Source of the DNA: Anaeromyxobacter sp.
GTDB taxonomy: Bacteria; Myxococcota; Myxococcia; Myxococcales; Anaeromyxobacteraceae
NCBI GenBank assembly: GCA_049840735.1
Contig: JASGJN010000016.1
Location: forward strand, 1-64,000
Length of the DNA stretch: 64,000 nucleotides
Direction of reading: 5' to 3'
Position 1 is the first letter of the stretch. Each line of letters starts with the position of its first letter. Positions 9,355-20,752 of the stretch are shown here, piece by piece. Under the pieces are notes generated by a model. The model searched no databases. It was not told the origin of the DNA and saw only the letters and a program-made list of their open reading frames with translations. The position numbers were made by a program, and so were the translations under genes.

Positions 9355-11769
9355 GTGCCCGGCGCGCCGCAGCCTCCCTCCCCTGCCTCGCCCCCGCTCC
9401 GCCGCGAGCGGCTGGAGCGCCAGCTGGCCGGACCGGCCGGCGCCCGGCTCCTGCTCTTGCTGGCGCCCGGTGGCTACGGGAAGACCTGCGCCCTGCGCGC
9501 CTGGTGGGCGGGACAGCCGGCCGCGAGGGCCTGGCTGGCGGTGCCGCCGGACGGCCAGCCGACGGCGCAGGCGGTGGGTGAGGCCTGCCAGGCGGCCGGC
9601 GACGGATGGCTGGTGGTGGACGGCACCGAGCGGCTGGAGGGCGAGGGGGCGGCGCGGCTGGCAGGCGCGCTGCTCGCGCGCGGGATGGGGCGGACCATCC
9701 TGTCCGGTCGCCACGCCCGCGCCCTGCCGCTGGCGGCCTGGCGCGGCGCGGGCGCGCTGCAGGCGCTCGACGCCGCGGCGCTGGCGCTGGACGGCGCGGA
9801 GTGGGCCGCGGCGGGGCTGCCGGGCGAGGCCGCCGACTGGGGTGGCTGGTGGGGGGCACGGCTGGCGGCGGCCCGCGACGGCGCGCCGGAGGACCCGGAG
9901 CTGGCCGCCTGGCTGCGCGAGGCCTGGGCCCCGCTGCTGGAGCCGTGGCAGCGCGAGCTGGCGCTGGCCGCGGCGCTCCTCCCGGGCGCGAGCCCCGGGC
10001 AGCTGGGCGCGCTGCTGGGCTGCTCCGGCGCCGAGGCCGGGGCGCAGCTGCGGGCCGCGGCGGCCGCCCCCGGCCCGCTCGCGCCGCTGCCGCCGCTCCT
10101 CCCGCCGCGCCTGGCCGGGCCGCTGCGCGAAGCGCTGCGCGCGCGCGATCCGTCGGGCTTCGAGCGGTTCGTCCGGCTGGCGGTGGACGCCTTCCCGGGC
10201 CTGGACGCGACCGCCGCGGCCGAGGTCGCGCTGGCCTCGGGGCTGCCCGCGGCGCAGGAGCGGGTCCTGGCGTCGGCGGGGTGGACGCTGCTCTTCTCGG
10301 CCGGCCGCGGGCGGCTGCGCGCGCTGCTCGACCGCCGGCGCCGCGAGGGGGCCGGCGACGAGGTGCTGGCGCTGGCCTGGGAGGTGGAGGCGGCGCGGAT
10401 GCCGCACCTGGCCCAGGCCGGGGTGGCGGCGCTGGTGGGGGGCGCCGAGGAGGGGCCGCGGGCCCAGGCGCTGGCGCTGGAGGGCTCGATCTGCGCGCAG
10501 TACGACGACCACGCCCAGGCCGCCGAGGCGGCCGCCGCGGCGCTGCAGCGCTCCCCGGCCCCGCACCCCGCGGCCGTCCTCGCCCGCTGCGTCCTGGGCG
10601 CCGCCCTGCTGGAGCAGGGGGCCCTGGCGCCGGCCGAGGTCGCGCTGCGCGAGGCGCTGGGGGCGGCCACCCGCGACCAGCTCCCGCGGCTGCAGCTGGA
10701 CGCCTGGCACCGCCTGGCCCTCCTGGCGTGGGAGCGGGAGGACGCCGCCGGCCTGGCCGCGGCTGCGGGCGCGGTGCGCGCGCTGGCCGCGCGGCACGGG
10801 CTGGCCGACGCCCCCGATCTGGACGCGCTGGCCCGGCTGGAGGCGGCCGCCGCGCTGGCCCGGCTCGACGCCGGCGCCGCGCGCGCCGCGCTGGCGCGCG
10901 GCGACCCGGATCGCTCCACCTACGGCGCCGACGAGTCCTTCCCGCACCGGACGCTGCGGGCGCTGCTGGCGCTGGTGGAGGGGGACCTGGCCGGCCTGGA
11001 GGCGCACGTGGCGGCGCTGGAGCAGGCGCTGGGCCAGCGCTTCCTCTGCCTCAAGTGGCGCGCCGAGGCCCTGCTGCCGCGGGTGGCGCTGCGCGCGCGC
11101 CGCTCCGACGCGGCCGGGCTCTCGCGGCTGGTGGCCGCCGAGGAGGCGCGGGCCTGGCCCGCCGGGCTGCGGCGCGATCACGCCTGGCTGACGCTGGCGG
11201 GGGCGCGGCTCCTGGCCGGCGAGGCGCTGGACGCGGCCGCGCTGGCGGAGCAGGGCCGCGGCTGGCGCGCCGCGGGGGCGCTGGCGCTGGCGCGGCAGGC
11301 CGCGCTCCTCTCGGCCCTGGCCGCCGGGGATCAGGGCGCGCTGCTGGCGCAGGTCCGCGAGGGCGCGGCGCAGGGCACGGCGCTGCCCTACCTCTGGCTG
11401 GCGCCGCGCTGCGTGGGGCCCCTGGAGGCGCTGCTCGGCCATGCCGGCCTGGCCCACGACGAGCAGACCCGCACCTTCCTGCGCGGCCTGGTGCAGCGGC
11501 TGCTGGCCGCCCCGGCCGCGCCCGCCAGCCCGTGCCCGCCCGCCGCGGCGCCACCCGCCGACCTGACCCTGCGCGAGTGGGAGGTGCTCCAGCTGGTGGG
11601 CGGCCAGCTCACCAACGAGCAGATCGCGGCGCGCCTCTCGGTCTCGCTCGCCACCGTGAAGACCCACCTCAACCGCCTCTACGCCAAGCTCGGCATCCGC
11701 TCGCGGGCCGAGGCGGTGGTCCGGGCGCGCGCCCTTTCGGCGCGGCCTCCCCGGGACCTCGCGCCATGA
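9355..11769 (+). CDS. MalT-like LuxR-family (STAND) transcriptional regulator
   Basis: LRRERL...APGGYGKT Walker A, LVVD Walker B, and a C-terminal LuxR HTH (LTLREWEVL...TNEQIAARLSVSLATVKTHLNRLYAKLG). Confidence 0.85.
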   Translation: MPGAPQPPSPASPPLRRERLERQLAGPAGARLLLLLAPGGYGKTCALRAWWAGQPAARAWLAVPPDGQPTAQAVGEACQAAGDGWLVVDGTERLEGEGAARLAGALLARGMGRTILSGRHARALPLAAWRGAGALQALDAAALALDGAEWAAAGLPGEAADWGGWWGARLAAARDGAPEDPELAAWLREAWAPLLEPWQRELALAAALLPGASPGQLGALLGCSGAEAGAQLRAAAAAPGPLAPLPPLLPPRLAGPLREALRARDPSGFERFVRLAVDAFPGLDATAAAEVALASGLPAAQERVLASAGWTLLFSAGRGRLRALLDRRRREGAGDEVLALAWEVEAARMPHLAQAGVAALVGGAEEGPRAQALALEGSICAQYDDHAQAAEAAAAALQRSPAPHPAAVLARCVLGAALLEQGALAPAEVALREALGAATRDQLPRLQLDAWHRLALLAWEREDAAGLAAAAGAVRALAARHGLADAPDLDALARLEAAAALARLDAGAARAALARGDPDRSTYGADESFPHRTLRALLALVEGDLAGLEAHVAALEQALGQRFLCLKWRAEALLPRVALRARRSDAAGLSRLVAAEEARAWPAGLRRDHAWLTLAGARLLAGEALDAAALAEQGRGWRAAGALALARQAALLSALAAGDQGALLAQVREGAAQGTALPYLWLAPRCVGPLEALLGHAGLAHDEQTRTFLRGLVQRLLAAPAAPASPCPPAAAPPADLTLREWEVLQLVGGQLTNEQIAARLSVSLATVKTHLNRLYAKLGIRSRAEAVVRARALSARPPRDLAP

Positions 11770-13194
11770 CCCACCCCTGGTTCCACGACGCCGTCTTCTA
11801 CGCGCTCAACCCCGACCGCTTCGCCCGCGCGCCCGGGCCTGCGCCCGAGGGCTGGGACCCGACCGCCTTCGAGCCCTGGGACGCCGCGCCGGCGCACCGC
11901 GCCTACAAGGGCGGCAACCTGTGGGGCCTCACCGCCGCGCTGGACGACCTGGTCGAGCTGGGCGTGACCGCGCTGCTGCTCACGCCGGTGTTCCTGGGGG
12001 TGAGCCACCACCGCTACAAGACCATCGACCACCTGCGGGTGGATCCGCTCCTGGGCGGCGACGCGGCGCTGGACGCGCTGCTGGCGGCGGCGCACGCCCG
12101 CGGGCTGCGGGTGGTGCTGGACGGCGTCTTCAACCACGTCGGGCTGGGGTTCGCGCCGTTCCAGGACCTGCTGGAGTACGGCGAGCGCTCCCCCTGGCGG
12201 CGCTGGTTCCGGATTCGAGCGCTGGCCCGTGAACCCCTTCGACCAGGCCCACCCCGCCAACTACGCCTGCTGGAGCGGCAACCGCTCCATGCCGGAGCTG
12301 GACCACGCGAACCCGGCGGTGCAGGCCTACGTGCTGCAGGTGATCACCCACTGGCTGCGCCGCGGGGTGGATGGCTGGCGCTTCGACGCGCCGGAGCGGC
12401 TGCGCGATCACGCCTTCTGGCGCGAGGTGCGGCGCCAGGCCGAGGCGGCGCGCCCCGGGGCCTACCTGGTGGGCGAGAGCTGGGGCGACGCCTCCCCCTG
12501 GCTGGACGGCGCGCAGTGGCACGGCACGACCCACTACCCGCTGCTCTACGCCCTGTACCGCTTCGCGGCCGGCGCGCGGCTCGATCCGGCGGGCCTGCTC
12601 CCCTCCTCCGGCCCGCAGCCGCCGCTCGACGCCGCCGGCTTCGCCGCCGCGCTGGAGGGGCTGCTCCGGCGCGACCGCTGGCCCACGCCGCTCGCCCACC
12701 TGACCTTCCTCTCCACCCACGACGTGGGGCGCTTCCTCACCGCCGCCGGCGGCGACCGCGCCAGCCTGCGGCTGGGGGCGCTGCTCCTGTTCACGGTGCC
12801 GGGCGTGCCCTGCCTGTGGGCGGGGGACGAGGTGGGCATGACCGGCGGCCCGCCGCCGGCCAGCCGCGGCGGGTTCTGGCCGCGCGAGCGGTGGGACCTG
12901 GAGCTCCGCGACCACCACCGCGCCCTGGCGGCGCTGCGCCGCGCGCACCCGGCGCTGCGCCGCGGCGGCTACCGGACGCTGCACGCGTCGGGCGGGCTCC
13001 TGGCCTTCGAGCGCGCGGCCGAGGGGGAGCGGCTGGTGGTGCTGGCCAACGCAGGCGACGCCGCGGCGTCGGCCGTCGTCGAGCTGGGCCCGGAGCCCGC
13101 GCTGCGCTTCGGCCAGCCGGCGCTGGCGGCCGAGGGCGGCGGGCGCTGGCGCGTGGGGCTCCCGGCGCGGGCGGGGGCGGTGCTGAGGGGGTGA
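11766..13194 (+). CDS. GH13 glycosidase (neopullulanase/cyclomaltodextrinase type); frameshift at ~12220
   Basis: PDRF, GGNLWG, SHHRY, LDGVFNH, DGWRFD, YLVGE, STHDV and GDEVG motifs; ATGA overlap with the upstream regulator. Confidence 0.9.
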
Positions 13195-13209
13195 GGGAGC
13201 CGCGGTCGC

Positions 13210-14784
13210 CTAGCGCCCCGGGCCGGCGATCACGCGCCGGACCCGGGCCAGCAGCTCCGTGCCGGTGAAGGGCTTCTGCAGGAGCTCCTCCGGCGCCGGC
13301 TCGCCGCTGGCCGAGGCCATCTCGCGGCGATCGCCGGCGTAGCCGGAGGTGAAGAGCACCCTCAGCCCCGGCCAGCTGGCGCGCAGGATCTCGGCCAGGC
13401 GCCGGCCGTCGAAGCGCGGCATGATCACGTCGGTGAGGAGCAGGTCCGGGGCGCGCTCCAGCTTGCGCGCCGCCTCCACCGCCTCCGGGCCGGAGGAGGC
13501 GGCCACCACCCGGTAGCCCTCGCCGGCCAGGGCGCGCACCGCCAGCGCCCGCACCGCCGGATCGTCCTCCACCAGCAGCACCAGCTCGCGGCCGCCCTGC
13601 GGCGCGGCGGGGGCCGGCGGGGCCGCGCGGGCCTCGTCCACCGGCTCGGTCCGCGGGAAGAAGATCTCGAAGCGGGTCCCGCGCCCGGGCTCGCTCTCCA
13701 CCCGCACGCAGCCGCCGGCCTGGCTGACCGTGCCGTGGAGCGTCGCCAGCCCCAGCCCGGCCCCGCGGCCGACCTCCTTGGTGGTGAAGAACGGCTCGAA
13801 GGCCCTGGCCTTCACCTCCGGCGCCATCCCCACGCCGTCGTCCGAGACCGACAGCGCCACCCAGTCGCCGGCCGCCAGGAAGAGATCCGCCTCGCGCCCC
13901 AGCCGCACGTTGCGGGTGGCGATCACCACGTGGCCGCCGCTGGGCAGCGCGTCGCGGGCGTTGGCGGCCAGCTGCAGCAGCGCCTGGTCCACCTGCGCGG
14001 GATCGAGCCGCACCGGCCAGAGCCCCTCCTCCAGCCGCAGGGCCAGGTGCACGTCCTCGCCCAGCAGCCGGGCCAGCATCATCTCGTTGGCCTGCACCGC
14101 CTGGTTCAGGTCCAGCACCACCGGCGAGACCACCTGCTTGCGCGCGAAGGCCAGCAGCTGCTTGGTCAGCTCGCGCGCCCGGGCGCCGGCGCGGGTGATC
14201 TCCTCCAGGTCCTGCGCCGCCGGGGTGCGCCCCTCGGCCAGGTCGGAGCGGACCAGCTCGGCCGCGGAGAGGATGACGGTCAGCGCGTTGTTGAAGTCGT
14301 GCGCCACGCCGCCCGCCAGCCGGCCCACGCTCTCCAGCCGCTGCGCCTGGCGCAGCTGCTCGTCCATGCGCCGGGCGGTCACCTCGACGGTCCGGTCCAC
14401 CAGGGTGCAGGCGAAGAGCGGCGCGTCGCCGGCCAGCGCCGGCAGCGGGGCCGCGCCCAGCTCCAGCCAGCCGGCCGTGCCGTCCGGGCGCTGCAGCCGC
14501 AGCAGCCGCGGCTCCACCGGCGCGCCGGTGGCGATGGCCCGGGCGATGGGCAGCTCGGCCGCGGTCAGCTCGGCGCCGTCCTCGGACCAGAGGCGGCAGC
14601 CACCGGGGCCGGGCGCGTGGCCGACGAGCTCGGCCTCGGCCTGGCCCAGGGCGGCCTCGGCGGCCGCGTTCATGGCCAGGACGGTGCCGTCGGCGGCGTG
14701 GACCATCACGCCGTGCCTGAGCGCGCTCATCAGGGCCAGCATGGCCTGGCCCTGCGGCTCGTCGAGCGTCCGGATCGGTTTCAC
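13210..14784 (-). CDS. PAS-containing hybrid sensor histidine kinase
   Basis: PAS region, GGVAHDFNNALT H-box, FEPFFTTK and GLGLA motifs, receiver with LLLTDVIMP; start position approximate. Confidence 0.9.
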   Translation of the reverse strand: MKPIRTLDEPQGQAMLALMSALRHGVMVHAADGTVLAMNAAAEAALGQAEAELVGHAPGPGGCRLWSEDGAELTAAELPIARAIATGAPVEPRLLRLQRPDGTAGWLELGAAPLPALAGDAPLFACTLVDRTVEVTARRMDEQLRQAQRLESVGRLAGGVAHDFNNALTVILSAAELVRSDLAEGRTPAAQDLEEITRAGARARELTKQLLAFARKQVVSPVVLDLNQAVQANEMMLARLLGEDVHLALRLEEGLWPVRLDPAQVDQALLQLAANARDALPSGGHVVIATRNVRLGREADLFLAAGDWVALSVSDDGVGMAPEVKARAFEPFFTTKEVGRGAGLGLATLHGTVSQAGGCVRVESEPGRGTRFEIFFPRTEPVDEARAAPPAPAAPQGGRELVLLVEDDPAVRALAVRALAGEGYRVVAASSGPEAVEAARKLERAPDLLLTDVIMPRFDGRRLAEILRASWPGLRVLFTSGYAGDRREMASASGEPAPEELLQKPFTGTELLARVRRVIAGPGR

Positions 14785-14937
14785 GCGCAGGCTCCCTGGA
14801 GGGAGCGTATCACGCGCCGGCCGCCGGGCCAGGCCAGGTCGCACGTCAGGAGTGACCCCGGCCCCGGTGCCCCCGGTCCAGGGGACGCGACCGCTGGGCC
14901 GGCGCGCACCCGGAGGCGCGCGCCGCCGCCTGAGCGG

Positions 14938-16391
14938 CTACGGCTGGGACGCCGCGGGCAGGGCCGCCGGCGCGCCCTGGGCCGGCTGGCCGGCCGGCTG
15001 CTCCGGCGGGAGCTCCCAGCCGCCGCCCAGCGCGCGGTAGAGCTGGATGATGGTGACGATCTCGTCCCGCTCCGTCTGCACCAGGGCCGTCTCGGCGGCG
15101 AAGGACTGGCGCTGGGCGTCGAGGACCTCGAGGAAGTTGGTCACGCCGCCCTCGAAGCGGAGCCGGGCCAGGCGCTCCGCCTCCTTGCTGGAGGCGACCT
15201 CGATCTCCTGCGCCTGCCGGACCCGGGCCAGCGTGCGGTGGCTCCAGCTGGCGTCCGCCACCTCGCGCAGCGCGCCGAAGACCGTGTTGCGCCACTGCTC
15301 GCCGGTGGCCTCGATGTCGGCGCGGGCGAAGTCCTCGAAGGCCGAGAGCCGGCCGCCGTCGAAGATGGGCGCCAGGATGCCGGCGCCGATCGACGTGGCC
15401 ACCGCGTCGCCGGTGAAGATCTTGGACGGATCGAGCGCGTCCAGGGCGAGGGTGCCGGTCAGGGTGAGCGAGGGCAGCCGGTTGGCGCGCGCCACCCGGG
15501 CGCGGGCGGCGGCGGCCACCACCGCCTCCTCGGCGGCGGCCACGTCGGGCCGGCGCCGCAGCAGCGCGGTGGGCACGCCGCTCGGCAGCGCCTGCGGGAC
15601 GGCCTGGCCCAGCAGGGCCTGGCCGCGCTCGATGGGCCCGGGGTGCGGCCCAGCAGGATGCAGAGCCGGTGCTCCTGCAGCGCGATGGCGCGCTCGGTGG
15701 CCGGGATGGCCGCCTCGGCGTTGGCCCAGTCGGCGCGGGCCTGGTTCATCTCCAGGTCGTTGCCCACGCCGCCCCTGGCGCGGTTCTCGACCAGCTCGAG
15801 CGACCCGCGGCGCGCCTCGGCGGCGGCCCGGGTGATGTCCAGCTGCAGGTCGAGCGCCCGCAGCTCGATGTAGGCCTGCGCGACGGCCGCGACCAGGGAT
15901 GCGCGGGCGGCGTCGCGGAAGCCCTCGCTGGCGCGCAGGTCGGCCAGCGAGGCCTCCCTGGCGCTGCGCACCTTGCCCCAGAGGTCGAGCTCCCAGGAGA
16001 GCCCCACGCCCAGGCCATAGCGATCGCCGGTCTCGGCCAGCGGGTTCACCTGCAGCGACTCGCGGCCGTAGCTGACGTTGCCGAAGGCGTCGAGGCGGGG
16101 CCACAGCTCGGCGCCGGCGGCGCGCGCCAGGGCGGCGGACTGCACCACGCGGGTGGAGGCGACCTTGAGGTCGGGGTTGCCGGCCAGCGCCTCGCGGATG
16201 AGCTGCTGCAGCACCGGGTCGCGGACGATCTCCCACCACTTGAGATCGGCCAGCGAGGCCTCGGGGGCCTGCTGCGACTGCTCGCCGAAGCGGTGCGTCT
16301 CGGGGAGCTGGAGGTCCGGGCGCTTGTACGCCGGACCGACCACGCAGCCGGCCAGTCCGGCGAGCGCGGCGAGGGCGAGGAGGCGGTTCAC
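14938..16391 (-). CDS. Efflux outer-membrane lipoprotein (NodT/OprM type); frameshift at ~15645
   Basis: Lipobox LAGC, SWELDLWGK, LLRRRPDV and LYRALGGGW motifs; last gene of the RND operon. Confidence 0.9.
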
Positions 16392-16405
16392 GGGTGCGCT
16401 CCGGG

Positions 16406-19400
16406 TCACGGGACGGGGTGGGAGGCGGGGGCCGGCGGCGCCGCGGTCTTGGGCTTGCCGGCGGTCCTGAGCTTGAGGTTCTCGACCACCACGAAGAGGA
16501 CGGGCACCAGCAGCACGCCCAGGATGGTGGCCACCAGCATGCCGGAGAAGACGGTGACGCCCATCACCACGCGCGCCTCGGCGCCGGCGCCGGAGGCGGT
16601 CATGAGCGGCACCACGCCCAGGATGAAGGCGAAGGCCGTCATGAGGATGGGGCGGAAGCGGAGCTTGGCCGCGGTGAGGGCCGCGTCGAAGGGCGTGGCC
16701 CCCTTCTTCTCCATCTCCTCCTTGGCGAACTCGACGATCAGGATGGCGTTCTTGGCGGCCAGGCCGATCAGCATCACCAGGCCGATCTGCGCGAAGACGT
16801 TGTTGACGTACCGCTCGGCGCCGAGGCGCGCCAGCCACAGCCCCAGGAACGCGCCGAAGGCGGCGAAGGGGGTGCCCAGCACGACCGAGAACGGGAGCGC
16901 CCAGCTCTCGTACTGGGCCGCCAGGATCAGGAAGACCAGCACCATGGCCAGCACGAACACCACCGCGCCGGAGCCGGCCGCCTTCTTCTCCTGGTACGAC
17001 ACGTTGGACCAGTCGTAGCCGTAGCCCGCGTCCAGGGTCTCGTTCGCGACCTGCTCCAGCGCCTCGAGCGCCTGGGTCGAGGAGTAGCCCGGCGCCGGGA
17101 CGCCGGAGATCTCCGCCGCGCGGAACAGGTTGAAGCGGTTGGTGAACTCCGGGCCGGAGGCCGGGCCCACCTTCACCAGCGTGTCGAGCGGGACCATGTC
17201 GCCGCCGGCCGAGCGCGTGTAGAACTGCGAGAGCGAGCGGATGTCGGCGCGGTACTCGGGCTCGGCCTGCAGGAACACCTTGTAGACGCGGCCGAAGCGG
17301 TTGAAGTCGTTGACGTAGGAGGAGCCGAGGAGCGGCCCCAGCGTGCCGTTCAGCTCGGCCAGCGGCACGCCCATCTTGAGCGCCTTCTCGCGATCCACCG
17401 AGGCCATGATTTGCGGGACGGAGGCGCGGTACAGGGTGTTGATGCCGCCGATCTCCGGCCGCTTGCGGGCGGCGGCGATGAACTTCTCGGCCTCCGCCTG
17501 CAGGTCGGCCGGGGAGTTGCCGGTGCGGTCCTGGAGCATGAAGGTGAAGCCGGAGCCGGTGCCCAGGCCGGGGATGGGGGGCGGGCCGAAGGCCAGCGCC
17601 ACCGCCTCGGGGATCTCGGCCGAGAGCTTGCGGTTGAGCCGCTTGAGGATGTCGGCGGCGGTGTTGTGCTTGCCGCGCTCGCCCCAGTCCTTCAGCGAGA
17701 CGAAGAAGAAGGAGTTGTTGGAGGCGTAGGCGCCGGTGATGATCGAGAAGCCGTCCACCGCGGTGACGTACTCGACGCCCTCCTCGGCGGAGACGATCTG
17801 CTCGGCGCGCTTGGCCACCTCGGTGGTGCGCTGCAGCGAGGCCGCGTCGGGCAGCATCACGTTGACGAGCACGTAGCCGTTGTCCTCGTCCGGGAGGAAG
17901 CCGCCCGGCACGCGCATGGCCACCAGCGCCGCGCCCACCATCACGGCCAGCACCAGCACCAGGCTGCGGACCGCCTTGCCGACCAGCACGCGGGTCAGCC
18001 CCACGTAGCCGTCGGTGAACCTGCCGAAGACCTTGTTGAACCAGTTGTAGAACGGCGTGAGCAGGCTCTTCTTGCCGTGGGCCGGCTTGAGCAGCAGGGC
18101 CGAGAGCGCGGGGGAGAGCGTCAGCGCGTTGATGACCGAGAAGATGACCGAGATGGCGATGGTCAGCGCGAACTGCTGGTAGAGCCGGCCGGTCAGGCCG
18201 CCCATGAAGGCCACCGGGACGAACACCGCCGTGAGCACGAGGCCGATGGCGATCACCGGCCCGGAGACCTCCTTCATGGCGAGCTCGGTGGCCTCCTTCG
18301 GTGTCTTGCCGTGCTCGATGTGGTGCATCACGGCCTCGACCACCACGATGGCGTCGTCCACCACGATGCCGATGGCCAGCACCAGGCCCAGCAGCGAGAG
18401 CACGTTGACGCTGAAGCCCAGCAGCGGGAAGGCGATGAAGGTGCCGATGAGCGACACCGGCACGGTCATGAGCGGGATGAGCGTGGCGCGCCAGTTCTGC
18501 AGGAAGATGAACACCACCAGGATCACCAGCACCACCGCCTCGAAGAGCGTGTGGACGATCTCGTTGATGCCCTCGGAGATGGGCTTGGTGGTGTCGAGCG
18601 TGACCTTGTAGTTCACGTCGCCCGGGAACTTGCCGGACAGCTGCTCCATGGTGGCCTGGATCTTCTGCGCCACCTCGAGGGCGTTCGACCCCGGGCTCTG
18701 GTAGACGGCGATGGCGGCCGCCGGCTTGCCGTTGAGGCGGCCGGCGGCGTTGTAGAGGAGCGAGCCGAGCTGGATCCGGGCCACGTCCTTCAGCCGGATC
18801 ACCGAGCCGTCCGGCGCGGCCTTCACGATCACGTTCCCGAAGTCCTCCTCGTTGAGGAGGCGGCCCTGGGTGCGGACCACGTAGGTGAAGGAGGTGCCGG
18901 GGGGCGCCGGCGGGCCGCCGACCTGGCCGGCCGGGGTGATGGTGTTCTGCTGCTGGAGCGCGCTGGAGAGGTCGGAGACCGTCAGGTTGTAGCGCTTCAG
19001 GACGTCCGGCCGGATCCAGACGCGCATGGCGTAGTCGGAGCCGCCGAAGAGCGTCACCTGGCCCACGCCGGAGATGCGCGCCAGCGCGTCGTTGATGTTG
19101 ATGGCGCAGTAGTTGGAGAGGAACTCGGTGTCGTACTGCCCCGAGGGCGAGGTCAGGGCCAGCACCATCAGCGGGAAGGAGAGCGACTTCTTGACGTTGA
19201 CGCCCTGGGCCTTCACCGCCTGCGGCATCTGCGCGTTGGCCTGCGAGACGCGGTTCTGCGTCAGCACGTTCGACATGTCGAGGTCGGAGCCGACCTCGAA
19301 GGACACCTGCACGTTGGCGGTGCCGTCGTTCGCGTTGGTGGAGCGCATGTAGATCATGCGCTCGACGCCGTTCACCTGCTGCTCGATGGGCGTGGAGACC

Positions 19401-19579
19401 GACTGCTCCACCTCGACGGCGGAGGCGCCGTAGTAGGTGGTGCTGATCTGGATCAGCGGCGGGACGATCTCGGGGTACTGGGCGATGGGGAGGCCCTTGA
19501 GGGCCACCACGCCCACCAGCACCGTCACGATGGAGATCACCATCGCGACGATGGGGCGGCGGATGAAGAAGTTGCCCAT
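16406..19579 (-). CDS. HAE1-family RND efflux permease (AcrB/MexF-like)
   Basis: FFIRRPIVA, LPIAQYP, GIVVDDAIVVVE, KNAILIVEF and RFRPILMT motifs; 1057 aa. Confidence 0.95.
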   Translation of the reverse strand: MGNFFIRRPIVAMVISIVTVLVGVVALKGLPIAQYPEIVPPLIQISTTYYGASAVEVEQSVSTPIEQQVNGVERMIYMRSTNANDGTANVQVSFEVGSDLDMSNVLTQNRVSQANAQMPQAVKAQGVNVKKSLSFPLMVLALTSPSGQYDTEFLSNYCAININDALARISGVGQVTLFGGSDYAMRVWIRPDVLKRYNLTVSDLSSALQQQNTITPAGQVGGPPAPPGTSFTYVVRTQGRLLNEEDFGNVIVKAAPDGSVIRLKDVARIQLGSLLYNAAGRLNGKPAAAIAVYQSPGSNALEVAQKIQATMEQLSGKFPGDVNYKVTLDTTKPISEGINEIVHTLFEAVVLVILVVFIFLQNWRATLIPLMTVPVSLIGTFIAFPLLGFSVNVLSLLGLVLAIGIVVDDAIVVVEAVMHHIEHGKTPKEATELAMKEVSGPVIAIGLVLTAVFVPVAFMGGLTGRLYQQFALTIAISVIFSVINALTLSPALSALLLKPAHGKKSLLTPFYNWFNKVFGRFTDGYVGLTRVLVGKAVRSLVLVLAVMVGAALVAMRVPGGFLPDEDNGYVLVNVMLPDAASLQRTTEVAKRAEQIVSAEEGVEYVTAVDGFSIITGAYASNNSFFFVSLKDWGERGKHNTAADILKRLNRKLSAEIPEAVALAFGPPPIPGLGTGSGFTFMLQDRTGNSPADLQAEAEKFIAAARKRPEIGGINTLYRASVPQIMASVDREKALKMGVPLAELNGTLGPLLGSSYVNDFNRFGRVYKVFLQAEPEYRADIRSLSQFYTRSAGGDMVPLDTLVKVGPASGPEFTNRFNLFRAAEISGVPAPGYSSTQALEALEQVANETLDAGYGYDWSNVSYQEKKAAGSGAVVFVLAMVLVFLILAAQYESWALPFSVVLGTPFAAFGAFLGLWLARLGAERYVNNVFAQIGLVMLIGLAAKNAILIVEFAKEEMEKKGATPFDAALTAAKLRFRPILMTAFAFILGVVPLMTASGAGAEARVVMGVTVFSGMLVATILGVLLVPVLFVVVENLKLRTAGKPKTAAPPAPASHPVP

Positions 19580-19582
19580 GAC

Positions 19583-20752
19583 CTACTTCCCCTCGGCCGC
19601 AGCCGGGACCACGGCCGGCGCGCCGGCCTCGCGCACCGCCACCTGCGAGCCGTTGCGGACCTTCTGGATGCCCTCCACGACGACCCGCTCCCCCGGCTTC
19701 AGCCCCTCCTCGACCACCCAGTCCTCGCCCATGCGCGGGCCCATCTTCGTCTTGCGCATCTCGACGGCGTTCTCGGCGGTGACCACGGCGACGCTGAACG
19801 TGCCCTGCAGCTCGGTGACGGCGCGCTGCGGGACCAGCAGCGCCCCGGCGCGGCGCTCGGAGCGGAAGCGGACCTTGCCGTAGAGGCCGGGGCGGAGCGT
19901 GCGGTCCGGGTTGGCGAACGCCAGGTCCACGCGGATGGTGCCGGTGGTGGGGTCCACGGCGTTGTCGACCAGGATGACCTTGCCGCGGGCCGTGTGCACC
20001 CGGCCGTCGGCCAGGATCAGCTCGGGGCCGTCCTCGGGGGCCGGGGCCTTGGGATTGCGGTTGGCCGTCCCTCGCTCGCCCACCTGGCGCACCAGGCGCA
20101 GGTAGTCGGTCTCGGGCAGCGCCACCGAGACGCGGATGGGGTCGAGGGAGCTGACCGTGGCCAGCAGGGTGGACTCGCCGCGGCCCACCAGGCTGCCCAC
20201 CTGCTTCTCGGCCTTGGAGGCCAGGCCGGAGACCGGCGAGACCACGCGCGCGTAGGAGAGGTCGAGCTGGGACTTCTCCAGCGTCGCCCGCGCCGCCTCG
20301 AGCTGCGCCACGGCCGCCCGCTGCGCCGCCTGCGCGTTGTCGAGCTCGGCCTGGGCGACGGCCCGCTGCGCGACCAGCGGCCCGTACCGCTTCACGTCCA
20401 TCTCGGCCTTGGACAGGTTCGACTCGGCGCGCGCCACGTCGGCCCTGGCCGAGGCGACCTTGGAGGTCAGCTCGCGCGGGTCGATGGTGAAGAGGAGCTG
20501 GCCCGCCTTGACCTCTCCGCCCTCGACGTAGTCGATGGAGGCCAGGAACCCCTCCACGCGGGCGCGGATCTCGATGTCCTGCAGGCCGCGGAGCTGGCCG
20601 ACCAGCTCCGAGGCCACGTCGATGTCCTTCTGGACCACCGGCGCCACCACCACGCTGGCGGGCGGAGGGGCCGCCGGCCCGGCCGCCTTGGTGCAGGCGA
20701 ACAGGGTGAAGCTGGCTGCGAGAGCCGGGAGCAGGCGAAGGCGGCGGGACAT
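19583..20752 (-). CDS. RND periplasmic adaptor (membrane fusion protein)
   Basis: Lipobox LFAC; IEIRARVEG, GQLLFTIDP, VDPTTGT and VPQRAV motifs. Confidence 0.92.
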   Translation of the reverse strand: MSRRLRLLPALAASFTLFACTKAAGPAAPPPASVVVAPVVQKDIDVASELVGQLRGLQDIEIRARVEGFLASIDYVEGGEVKAGQLLFTIDPRELTSKVASARADVARAESNLSKAEMDVKRYGPLVAQRAVAQAELDNAQAAQRAAVAQLEAARATLEKSQLDLSYARVVSPVSGLASKAEKQVGSLVGRGESTLLATVSSLDPIRVSVALPETDYLRLVRQVGERGTANRNPKAPAPEDGPELILADGRVHTARGKVILVDNAVDPTTGTIRVDLAFANPDRTLRPGLYGKVRFRSERRAGALLVPQRAVTELQGTFSVAVVTAENAVEMRKTKMGPRMGEDWVVEEGLKPGERVVVEGIQKVRNGSQVAVREAGAPAVVPAAAEGK

